NCBI GenBank assembly: GCA_048940445.1
Contig: JBHLON010000001.1
Location: 32,001-96,000, forward strand
Length of the DNA stretch: 64,000 nt
Direction of reading: 5' to 3'
From: Promethearchaeota archaeon
Lineage (GTDB): Archaea > Asgardarchaeota > Lokiarchaeia > Sigyniarchaeales > SOKP01
The translations under genes and the position numbers were made by a program. This document shows, in pieces, positions 36,175-45,290 of this stretch; the first letter of the stretch is position 1; each line of letters opens with the position of its first letter. Under the pieces are notes generated by a model that was not told where the DNA came from, searched no databases, and worked only from the letters and a program-made list of their open reading frames with translations.

Positions 36175-37671
36175 TTAATTTCTAGGATACTTTCCATATA
36201 TTTGTAAGAATTCTCTATATTTATTCATACTATCAAGTACTTTTCCAGCAAGATCAAAATTTTCAAAAACAGGAACATTTCTATTAAGTAACCTAAGTTT
36301 AAATTTATAGCGGCTTTTATATTCTTCAAAACCCTCTGATATCTTTAGCATTACACAGATCATAGGTTTTGTACAAATTCTTTTTGCCTTTCCTATATAT
36401 GTAATAAACAATTTATTTAGATCAGTTCCTTTTTCAAAGCCTAATTTCCCGACCAAGGATTCTTCCAAATTTTTAAAACGCTCTGGATCTTTTACAAATA
36501 TTATAGCAGAAATATTTGGATCCTTATCTAATGTTAATATGGTACGATAATAAATATGAGGTAATGCCCCTTGTGCTCCTAGATCTATAGGATTATTAAA
36601 GTTAGTATTTACCTCATTTAAAAAACGCCCCATTTTATTAATTGTTTTTTCTGTCAATTTGGGAATTTTTAGATTATATTTCTCTAAGCTATCTCCCGCC
36701 TCTATAGTTGATCCTCCACCAATCCCAATTAAACCAATGTTTCTTGAACTAGGTAAGTGAGTCAATTTAAATGCAGATGCTAAAGCTGCCAGTTCTACGG
36801 AATTACTAACAAGTAAACAACCAGTTTGCTTTGCAACAGCATTCCATATTTTACTATCTCCTGCTAATCCTCCTGTGTGAGACAAAATTGCTTTTCGTGT
36901 TGCTTCTCCGTAACCAGCTCTCCATAATATTACAGGTTTACGGTTAAGACTACATTCTTTTGAAATTTTCATAAATCGGCGCCCTTGCTCTTGACTTTTA
37001 AGATTTTCAAGATATAATCCTATAATAGCGGTTCGATGGTCATATAAAAAATATTCCAAAAAATCAGGATAAGTTAAATCAATTGCATTCCCAATAGATA
37101 TCATTTTTGAAACTTCAACACCATAAGCATCAGCTAATTGAGCAACATTCACCGCCAAACCTCCTGATTGTAATATAGCACCAAAATTTCCTGCTTTTTT
37201 CGATTGAGCTCGACCAATATATAAACCTGCTTCAGGATTATAGACTCCCAAACAATTAGGTCCAATAATTCTAATTTGATATTTTTCTGCAATATCTAAT
37301 ACTTCCTTCTCAAGGTTTTTATTACCAGCTTCAGAGAACCCCGACGCGAAAATCGTCACAAAAGGTACTCTCTTTTGGCCCACTTCTTTCAAAATGTTAG
37401 GAACAAGATGTGCAGGAACTCCAATAATTACATAATCGATTGGTTTATTTTCTGGAATATCTAAAATTGAACCATAAACGTCTAATCCATAAAGTTTCTG
37501 ACCTTTTAAATGGGGATTAAATAGATAAATGGGATTTTTGAATCGATCGCTCATAATTTCGACAAAATATCCCCCTCCTGCTGGATTATACGATGCTCCT
37601 ATAATTCCTATAGCTCTTGGATAAAATAAAGGTTTAAATCTCTTCAAGATTAGCTCTTTAGATTCTAACAT
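36175..37671 (-). CDS. ADP-forming acyl-CoA synthetase alpha-type CoA-binding subunit
   Basis: IGAS, FASGFSE, RIIGPNCLG, QSGG, SIGNAIDL, SHTGGLAG (phospho-His), NPIDL. Confidence 0.88.
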   Translation of the reverse strand: MLESKELILKRFKPLFYPRAIGIIGASYNPAGGGYFVEIMSDRFKNPIYLFNPHLKGQKLYGLDVYGSILDIPENKPIDYVIIGVPAHLVPNILKEVGQKRVPFVTIFASGFSEAGNKNLEKEVLDIAEKYQIRIIGPNCLGVYNPEAGLYIGRAQSKKAGNFGAILQSGGLAVNVAQLADAYGVEVSKMISIGNAIDLTYPDFLEYFLYDHRTAIIGLYLENLKSQEQGRRFMKISKECSLNRKPVILWRAGYGEATRKAILSHTGGLAGDSKIWNAVAKQTGCLLVSNSVELAALASAFKLTHLPSSRNIGLIGIGGGSTIEAGDSLEKYNLKIPKLTEKTINKMGRFLNEVNTNFNNPIDLGAQGALPHIYYRTILTLDKDPNISAIIFVKDPERFKNLEESLVGKLGFEKGTDLNKLFITYIGKAKRICTKPMICVMLKISEGFEEYKSRYKFKLRLLNRNVPVFENFDLAGKVLDSMNKYREFLQIYGKYPRN

Positions 37672-37752
37672 TATGCTAAAAAAAGATTGTATTATAAGGA
37701 TTACAAAGAGATAGTTGTCTACAACTAAAATATTTTGTTAATAGGAAAATTT

Positions 37753-38472
37753 CTAACGCCCTAGTAATTCCTTCGCTAATTGAATGTCATCAGTTATAAT
37801 TCCATCAACTCCAAGAGCAATTAGTCTTTCTATATCATTCATTTCATTTACAGTCCAAACATTTACTTTTAAATCATTACTGTGGGCATAATTTACTAAC
37901 ATTTGATTGACCCCTCTAAAATGAGGATGAACAGCATAGAATTTCTTTTTAATCACTCTTTTTGTTGCCTTTTTTAAGTCTTTAGGGTTTGAAACCCTTT
38001 CAGAAATTAATGCACCTAATTTTAGTTTAGGTTCCAGTTTTTGAATTCTTAACAGTTCATTATGGATAAATGAACTAATAATACTTGATTCAATTAGCTT
38101 GGCATTCCTTAACATCTCTACAACTTTTTTTCCTATATCCTCACATTTTATTTCAATCTGCAATCCAATTTTTCCCATTGCTAATTCAATTACTTCTTGT
38201 AAAGTCGGAATTCTTTCACCATTTCCAATATCTAATTGTTTTAATTCTTCTAAAGTCATTTCTTCAATAGATCCTTCTAAACCAGTGATTCTTAAAATAT
38301 CATAATCATGGAAAACTATGATTTCACCGTCTTTAGATGCTTGAATATCAAATTCGATATAATCCGCTTGGAGCTCTATAGCTTTCTGAAAAGCTATTAA
38401 AGTGTTTTCTGGCTTAATTTTACTTGCTCCTTTATGTCCAATAACTAAGATTTTAGATTTATTTTCTGCCAA
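37753..38472 (-). CDS. glycerophosphodiester phosphodiesterase
   Basis: IGHKGAS..PENTL..IEFDI..FHD..IEIK..VWTVN..GVDGIITD. Confidence 0.93.
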   Translation of the reverse strand: MAENKSKILVIGHKGASKIKPENTLIAFQKAIELQADYIEFDIQASKDGEIIVFHDYDILRITGLEGSIEEMTLEELKQLDIGNGERIPTLQEVIELAMGKIGLQIEIKCEDIGKKVVEMLRNAKLIESSIISSFIHNELLRIQKLEPKLKLGALISERVSNPKDLKKATKRVIKKKFYAVHPHFRGVNQMLVNYAHSNDLKVNVWTVNEMNDIERLIALGVDGIITDDIQLAKELLGR

Positions 38473-38771
38473 TCTTTAATGTATCTCCTTAATCCATTAA
38501 GATAGAAAAACTATCAATTGTTAAATAGTTTTACTTAAATAGGTATTTATGATAAATTAGGGCTGTCAAACAGTATTTTTGTGTCTATAGGATTATCAAA
38601 GAATTAATAATACAATCATCTTGTAATCGAGAAATTTATATATCTAATTGAGTCACAATTCTATTGGTTTCCAATAAATTTATAAATCAACATTATTTTC
38701 TATATATTCTGATATTAAAATTCTACTAAAGAGTAAAGTTTTTAAAGCATTAAAAGGTGAAACACTGAGTA

Positions 38772-39026
38772 ATGAGATTTTGCCCCAACTGCGACAATAT
38801 ACTAATCCCCAAAAATAAAAAGCTGTTTTGCAAGGCATGCAACCAAGAGTTTGATTTAGATACAAATTCACCAGAGGATTATAAATTAGTCAAATCGATC
38901 AAACATGATGAGAAAGAAGTCGCACCGATTATAATTAAAGAAGGGCTGAAAGGAGAAAGAATTTCTGAACGAGAACGTAAAGCCTACGAGGACCTTTTCG
39001 ACATTACTGAAGCTGATGGCTATTAG
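38772..39026 (+). CDS. RpoM/TFS-type N-terminal zinc-ribbon protein lacking the C-terminal cleavage domain
   Basis: MRFCPNCDNILIPK..LFCKAC is the RPB9/TFS N-ribbon pattern. There is no second CxxC and no QxRxADE. Confidence 0.75.
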   Translation: MRFCPNCDNILIPKNKKLFCKACNQEFDLDTNSPEDYKLVKSIKHDEKEVAPIIIKEGLKGERISERERKAYEDLFDITEADGY

Positions 39027-39029
39027 CGC

Positions 39030-39064
39030 TACAGATTAGGGGATTTGAGTATGCCTAATCCGTA
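39030..39064 (+). other. stem-loop immediately 3' of the TFS-like gene
   Basis: TAC-A-GATTAGG (13-nt loop) CCTAATC-C-GTA. Confidence 0.35.
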
Positions 39065-39173
39065 ACTTCTTCCTAGTTTTGGTACAAAATATCCAAAAAA
39101 TTAATTAAAATTTAAACCTTTAAATTAATTAATTGAAATTATCATCTAGCTTTATTTTTGCAGGTTGATTATC

Positions 39174-39569
39174 ATGACTGAAGAAAAGAAAAAAAGATTA
39201 AAGGGTTTTGCGGGGATAGTAAGTAAGCAGGTAGAACCTTTAAATAGTATTGAGAAGTTTAAGGAAGATTTTAAGGATAGAGAGCTTAAAATTCTTTTAA
39301 ATGCAAAAGATGGAAAAATAGCTGCGCTATTGATTATTGATAAAGGAAGGATATATGTGGAGGGAATTGAAAATAAACCAAAAGAAAATATAAAGAAAAA
39401 GAATGTTGAATGGGATGGTCTATTGCAAGCAAAAACGCAAGTGTTCGTAGACTTATTAGGAGGAGAAAACGTTTCAATGGGTAATATTATTGGAAAAATC
39501 TTAACAGGTAGAATCAAAATTAGAGGGATTAAGAAAGTCTTAGTTTTGCTTGATTTATTCAAATATTAA
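39174..39569 (+). CDS. SCP2 sterol/lipid-binding-domain-like protein
   Basis: WDGLLQA..FVDLLGG..ILTGRIKIRG C-terminal SCP2 pattern. Confidence 0.65.
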   Translation: MTEEKKKRLKGFAGIVSKQVEPLNSIEKFKEDFKDRELKILLNAKDGKIAALLIIDKGRIYVEGIENKPKENIKKKNVEWDGLLQAKTQVFVDLLGGENVSMGNIIGKILTGRIKIRGIKKVLVLLDLFKY

Positions 39570-39594
39570 GCAAGCTTATACTTATTTTTTAATA

Positions 39595-40026
39595 TTAAAT
39601 CTCTATTTTAAAAACTTTAATGATTGAGAGTAATTTTTCTTTCAAATCTTCTGGATTTTCATCTTGAATGGATTTTATTATTGCATTTTTATTTTGTTCA
39701 TTGATTTCGTTTTCTGGAAATTTATCGAGAAATGATCGTAAATAAATTATCTTTTTTGACGGACTTTTTTTAATATCTGAAATTAAGTTATCAAGAAATA
39801 GAGAAATTGAATTTGCATCCTCAGTTTCTGTTTCACAAAAATCCTCTTTTGAAAACCCTTCATCTTGCAAAATCTTATGTTTTTTAATTATATCAGTTGT
39901 TATTTCAACGAGCATCTCATTTCGTGTTAAACTTGTTAGTTCTGAAAGATTCTTTTCTATTTCTATATACTTTTGCCTGATTGATTTTATAATTGATAAG
40001 GTTTCTTTGAGCTTATCGTTTTCCAT
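39595..40026 (-). CDS. hypothetical protein
   Basis: 143-aa charged helical ORF with no recognisable motif. Confidence 0.65.
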   Translation of the reverse strand: MENDKLKETLSIIKSIRQKYIEIEKNLSELTSLTRNEMLVEITTDIIKKHKILQDEGFSKEDFCETETEDANSISLFLDNLISDIKKSPSKKIIYLRSFLDKFPENEINEQNKNAIIKSIQDENPEDLKEKLLSIIKVFKIEI

Positions 40027-40086
40027 ATATTAAATTACTTTTATTTAAATTTTTAAATTTTTCTTAATTTGATTCTAGATAGTGTT

Positions 40087-40803
40087 ATGAATTATCAAAC
40101 TAAACATAAAATAAATGAATTTCAAAAATTCATAGATTATAAATTTAAGGAACCTAAACTTTTGATTCAAGCAATGACTACACCGCAATTTGGAAATGAA
40201 AACAATCTACCAAATTATGAGATTTTGGAAACTTTGGGCGATGCTATTATCAAATTAATTTTTAGTTTAAAACTTTATAATAAAGGTGAACATGAGCCAG
40301 GTAAATTAACCAAGACTAAACAGTGCTTAGAAAGCAATCAAACTTTTTCTAAAATCGCTTCAAGTATGAAGTTAGAAGATTTTATACTTTCTTCAAATAA
40401 TCAAAATATTAAGGGTACCTCTATTCCTGCAGATGTTTTTGAAGCGATATGTGGAGCTATTTACCTTGATTCTGACTATAATTTAAGGGTTGTAGAAGAG
40501 AAAATTATTGATAAGTATATAAAAAGTTGGGATTTATTTATTGATGAATCATCTGACTTTTTAAAAAATGAATTAATGGAATTTTTACAAAATAAATTAA
40601 AATTTACCCCTAATATTGAATATGAATACGAGAAATTTGGGCCCGATCATGACCTTCGATGGCTTGCAAAAAATCCTAAGATTCTAGATTCTAATAATAA
40701 ACAAGCAATTAGGGTCCCAACTAATTTAAAATCTGGTAAATTCAAGACAAAAAAAGATGCTGAAAAAGATTTAAGCGAAAAAATTCTTAAAAAATTAAGA
40801 TAA
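40087..40803 (+). CDS. rnc: ribonuclease III (RIIID + dsRBD-like C-terminus)
   Basis: YKFKEPKLLIQAMT, NYEILETLGDA signature, ADVFEAICGAIYLDS. The C-terminal KNELMEFLQ..GPDH..KTKKDAEK is dsRBD-like. Confidence 0.85.
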   Translation: MNYQTKHKINEFQKFIDYKFKEPKLLIQAMTTPQFGNENNLPNYEILETLGDAIIKLIFSLKLYNKGEHEPGKLTKTKQCLESNQTFSKIASSMKLEDFILSSNNQNIKGTSIPADVFEAICGAIYLDSDYNLRVVEEKIIDKYIKSWDLFIDESSDFLKNELMEFLQNKLKFTPNIEYEYEKFGPDHDLRWLAKNPKILDSNNKQAIRVPTNLKSGKFKTKKDAEKDLSEKILKKLR

Positions 40804-41058
40804 GCTTGAGAAAAACATCAAAAAATCAAAAAGCATCGAATTAATAAAACGATTATGTTCGTTAATTATTTGTTTTTTTAAGTTGTATATAATGGTTTAA
40901 TTTTCTAACCAGTTAGAATCTGAATATTTAAAAAATTAAAAGTATTCAGTTTAATCTAAGGATAGAGAAAAAGATAAGATCAAAATTTCATTATAAGATT
41001 AAATAAATATTTATAATTAGTGGTATCATCGATATTTAGTAGAATTAGGTATAAAGTT

Positions 41059-42237
41059 ATGTCTGAAAACTCAAATGTTAAAAAAATGGCTGAAATGGAT
41101 GAATATGAAGAAGAAACGGGCAAGTTAGCGATATGGAAAGGAAAGGTAAGCAAAGATTTTAAAAAGTGGTTGGAGAAAAAGCAGAAAGATGAAATCAAAA
41201 GTCAAAAATTGGAAGCCTTATCTATATCTCGTGTAGAAAAAAAGAAACTTAAAGAGGATATCAAACACGGGCGAGAACTTGGGAAGGATTATGACCATCT
41301 AATCGTTGCAGACGGTTTACATAAGACTTATTTACTCGGCCGTACAGCTGTAGCTGCATTAAGAGGTGTAGATCTAACTATTGATAAGGGAGATTTTGTT
41401 GATATTATGGGTCCAAGTGGAAGTGGAAAAACTACATTGCTTAATTTAATCGGAGGTCTTGATACACCAACGAGAGGTAAGATTTTTTTAGAGGGTCGAA
41501 ATATATCTATGTTAAATGATAATGACTTAGCTGAAATTAGGAAAGAAAGGATTGGTTTTGTATTCCAGTTTTATAATCTTTTACCTCAAATGACCGCCTT
41601 GGAAAATGTTATGGTTCCATTGCATTTTTCTGGAAAGTTAAGCAAGAGAGGTAAGAAAAAAAAGGCTCTTGATTTATTAAGATTGGTTGAACTTGAAGAA
41701 AGAGCACATCATGCTCCTTCAGAGCTTTCAGGTGGTGAACAACAAAGAGTTGCTATAGCGAGAGCTTTTGCAAATGATCCAGCTATAGTCATTTTAGATG
41801 AACCCACAGGAGATCTCGATAGCAAAACAGGAGTCATGATCTTAAATCTTCTCAGAGATTTAAATAAAAGAGGGGCGACTTTTGTAGCAGTAAGCCATGA
41901 TGCTGCAGTATCAGAATTCGCTACTAGAGTATTCCATATGAGAGATGGAAAATTAACTCATGAGGGAAAAGTTGGTGGTTTAAAGGAGACTGAGGCAATG
42001 GAGACAAGAAGGAAGCAAGCGGCTGAAATAAATAAAGAAAAATGTAAAAATATGATTTTTAAATATTTATTCGCAAATCAAGGGAAAGTGGAGATAAAGA
42101 TAAATGATATAAAAAATAGTATCCCTATACAAATAATCACAAATTTACCAGAACATTTTAATGATATTTTATCAGAATTATTAGAAGAAAACAATATTAA
42201 CGGAAATTTAGAAGGAGACTTATTAATACTTCAATAA
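41059..42237 (+). CDS. ABC ATPase, LolD/MacB (SalX) family, with N- and C-terminal extensions
   Basis: Walker A GPSGSGKT, GFVFQFYNLL, LSGGEQQRVAIARA, LDEPTGDLD, SHD. Confidence 0.93.
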   Translation: MSENSNVKKMAEMDEYEEETGKLAIWKGKVSKDFKKWLEKKQKDEIKSQKLEALSISRVEKKKLKEDIKHGRELGKDYDHLIVADGLHKTYLLGRTAVAALRGVDLTIDKGDFVDIMGPSGSGKTTLLNLIGGLDTPTRGKIFLEGRNISMLNDNDLAEIRKERIGFVFQFYNLLPQMTALENVMVPLHFSGKLSKRGKKKKALDLLRLVELEERAHHAPSELSGGEQQRVAIARAFANDPAIVILDEPTGDLDSKTGVMILNLLRDLNKRGATFVAVSHDAAVSEFATRVFHMRDGKLTHEGKVGGLKETEAMETRRKQAAEINKEKCKNMIFKYLFANQGKVEIKINDIKNSIPIQIITNLPEHFNDILSELLEENNINGNLEGDLLILQ

Positions 42238-42278
42238 TAATATATTCTAATATTTTAATCTACAAATTTTTAAGTGAA

Positions 42279-45272
42279 ATGCCAAATATTAAAAACGTTT
42301 TCAAGTATGCATTTAAAGATTTAAGTAAGCAAAAGGTAAGGACTAGCGTTGGTATAATTGGTGTTATGATCTCAGTGGGATTATTAGCGATAGTCTTATT
42401 TTTATCTGATTCTATCTCGGTAACTTATGTTGATTACATGGCGATCGATGCTGGAAATGCTGATATGAAAATTACTGTGAGGCATTATATCGGTGAACCA
42501 GAAGATAGATCTGAATACTTTAAGTACAATCCTCTAATAAGTTCTATTAAAACTAATTTTCAACAAATTGGTAATTATATTCCACGGATGAATCTGTGGG
42601 GGAATACGAATATCTCAGAAAGTGAAGAATCACCCATCCTCACAAACCAGAGAACACAAGTATTTATTTCAGGGATAAACTTTACTCTAGAAAATCAAAT
42701 AAATTTTGGAGCATTTGTAAAACCCGAAACAACCCAACTATTAAATTTGAAAACTTTACCATTAAATCACTGTTTAATTTATTACAAATTTAATGATGTT
42801 ATTAAATATGCAGTAAATGATTCAATTGAAATTCGAATGGGACTACGGTATGGTAATCAATCATTAGATAGGACGCAAAATTTCACTGTTGATGCTATAT
42901 TTGATTTTAACTTAAAATTCCCATTATACTATTCAAATCAACCTTTAATAGTAGTGGATATTGGTACCCTCTATTCCATTTTCGGTTCAGAAATATTTCA
43001 AGGTAGATGTAGCGAATTAATATTAACTTTTAAAAATGGAAATGAATTTTATGATGCGCGGGATCTAAGTGGATCCAAAGATCGCGTTAGAAGTTTAGCA
43101 GGAGATATTCGGTTATTAATAGGAATAAATCCTTATGATATTGAATTACCAAAATTAGAAATTCTTGGATTCTCAGAAATTTTAAGTGTTGGTATTACAA
43201 TCATATTTGTATTTGTATCAATGATTGCAATGCTAATATCTGGAGTATTAATAAATGGTTTACTGCAAACCTCCGTTGAAGAAAGAATTAGAGAATTTGG
43301 AATATTTAGAACGCTTGGAGCCACTAAAAAATATAATTTATCAATTGTATTAGTACAAGGTTTATTATTATGTAATTTTGGAACTATAGCGGGTATTTTA
43401 GGAGCATATCTCGCAACTCAATTTCTCATTGTTCCAATCGCCGAAGGTGTTGCATCAGAAAGTATTCCAGGATTGGCGGGGCATTTTGCTTTTTCTATAA
43501 GTTTTTGGTCAATTTTAATATCTTACTTAATGGGTTTAATTGTTGGACTAGTAGTGAGTTTATCTCCCGCATATAAAGTAATGAAACTTCAACTTATTGA
43601 ATCAATTCATCCTTATCGTCATGAAGACACACTTTATCATTTACAACAGAAGGCATCAATAAATTATAAATTAGTAATAATGGGAATTATACTAGCTGCA
43701 AATGGTGCTTTTGTACTTTTTGTCATTCCAAGAGTATTAATCTTAGCGGATTTAGCTTTAATGTCTGGAATTTTGATAGCTCTTTTAATAGTTTTCCTTA
43801 TTGGAACAACGTTAGCAGGATTAGGATTAATGCCTTTAGTTTTGAGATTATTTATAGTTGTTTTTCGTCTCTTTTCTAAAAAATTAGCCCCAGTTTACAA
43901 AATCTTTATTTTTCGATATGCTAGAAGAAACGCAACTACCACAATTATTTTTGCATTCGCCTTTTCATTTGTAATTTTTACAGCAGCAGCTGTTCAATTC
44001 CTTACTAATCAAGTTGAAATTGGAGCAAATTTATCATATGGATCAGACTTATTTATTGAAACAACTGGTTGGGAAGAAGAATCTGATCAAGGGGGATCTT
44101 TTGGATTTCAATCTAGTGTTCAAGAAAACTTTTTTCCTAGAGATGCTGATTTCAATTTAAAAACAGCTGCATATTCGATCGATCCTAATAGAATCCTAAC
44201 TACTGATTTTGAGGAAAATCTTTTAAGTATTGATGGTATTGAAAAAGTTTCATGCGTTATTGCTAGCCCATCACATTTAACACAAATATATTCAGTGGAA
44301 GGAAAAGAATTCACGGCAGAGATTGGAGATTATGCAGGGTTGTTCACTCAAGAAGTAACCTTATTGGGAATAGATGAGGAATATCCATCTACTATAAACA
44401 CAAACTACATAGAATTTACTCAAGGAAATCTAAATTCCTTTGATCAATTATTTGCATTAAGCATGGGAGATACTTGCATTATATCAGAAGGATTATCAGT
44501 GAATTTAGATTTAGGCATTAATAACATTATAAGAATGGTAATTCAAAGAGGAGATGAGAGTGAGATATATACTTTTCGAATTGTAGGAGTTGCTGCTACT
44601 ATGCCGGGATTTTCTCAATATTTTAGCAGATCAGGTGGATCTGCCAATATGGGAGGAGTTATGATATCACATACAAATTATTTAGATCTTATGAATATCC
44701 CTCCTATTCCTTATGTCGATAAAATTTTTATTAAACTTCATTCTAGCGCTTTAAGTACTTCGCGAGCCATCGGAGAATTCATCGAGGATAATTACGAACC
44801 ATACTATGATTTTGAATTAACTGATCTTAAAAGCACAGTTAGCTTACAGCAATCTTTTTTTTCAATATTAAATACTTTTTTTAGTATTACATTGGATGCA
44901 ACAATTATAATTTCTCTGTTTGGATTGTTATCTTCTTCTTACTCTACTATATTGGAAAGAAAGAAAGAGATTGGAATTATACGGACTTTGGGATTAAAAG
45001 GAAAACAAATCAATCATCTATTTACAATTGAAGCTTTAATAATAATGCTAAGTAGCGGAACTGTGGGGGTAATTGTGGGTTGGTTAACAGGACTTCTATT
45101 GTCTACATCTATAAATGTGCTATCAAATTTACCCAACAACCCAGTATTTCCCTTAAATAACATGATCATTATTTATGTTGTCTCAATTATCGCCACTTTA
45201 ATTGGTATGAAATTATTGTTGAGGAAAGTCCGTAAACAAAAGATAGTTGATATATATAGAGAGACTATGTAG
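42279..45272 (+). CDS. FtsX/MacB-family ABC permease 1 (duplicated architecture)
   Basis: ERIREFGIFRTLGA and ERKKEIGIIRTLG FtsX motifs, with two large extracytoplasmic loops. Confidence 0.9.
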   Translation: MPNIKNVFKYAFKDLSKQKVRTSVGIIGVMISVGLLAIVLFLSDSISVTYVDYMAIDAGNADMKITVRHYIGEPEDRSEYFKYNPLISSIKTNFQQIGNYIPRMNLWGNTNISESEESPILTNQRTQVFISGINFTLENQINFGAFVKPETTQLLNLKTLPLNHCLIYYKFNDVIKYAVNDSIEIRMGLRYGNQSLDRTQNFTVDAIFDFNLKFPLYYSNQPLIVVDIGTLYSIFGSEIFQGRCSELILTFKNGNEFYDARDLSGSKDRVRSLAGDIRLLIGINPYDIELPKLEILGFSEILSVGITIIFVFVSMIAMLISGVLINGLLQTSVEERIREFGIFRTLGATKKYNLSIVLVQGLLLCNFGTIAGILGAYLATQFLIVPIAEGVASESIPGLAGHFAFSISFWSILISYLMGLIVGLVVSLSPAYKVMKLQLIESIHPYRHEDTLYHLQQKASINYKLVIMGIILAANGAFVLFVIPRVLILADLALMSGILIALLIVFLIGTTLAGLGLMPLVLRLFIVVFRLFSKKLAPVYKIFIFRYARRNATTTIIFAFAFSFVIFTAAAVQFLTNQVEIGANLSYGSDLFIETTGWEEESDQGGSFGFQSSVQENFFPRDADFNLKTAAYSIDPNRILTTDFEENLLSIDGIEKVSCVIASPSHLTQIYSVEGKEFTAEIGDYAGLFTQEVTLLGIDEEYPSTINTNYIEFTQGNLNSFDQLFALSMGDTCIISEGLSVNLDLGINNIIRMVIQRGDESEIYTFRIVGVAATMPGFSQYFSRSGGSANMGGVMISHTNYLDLMNIPPIPYVDKIFIKLHSSALSTSRAIGEFIEDNYEPYYDFELTDLKSTVSLQQSFFSILNTFFSITLDATIIISLFGLLSSSYSTILERKKEIGIIRTLGLKGKQINHLFTIEALIIMLSSGTVGVIVGWLTGLLLSTSINVLSNLPNNPVFPLNNMIIIYVVSIIATLIGMKLLLRKVRKQKIVDIYRETM

Positions 45273-45290
45273 GAGGTATTAAAATAAAAG

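Noticed and set aside
39024-39066. TAG followed by a hairpin as a possible pyrrolysine/readthrough signal restoring full TFS
   Set aside because: Readthrough adds only about 13 residues before TAA and contains no zinc ribbon.
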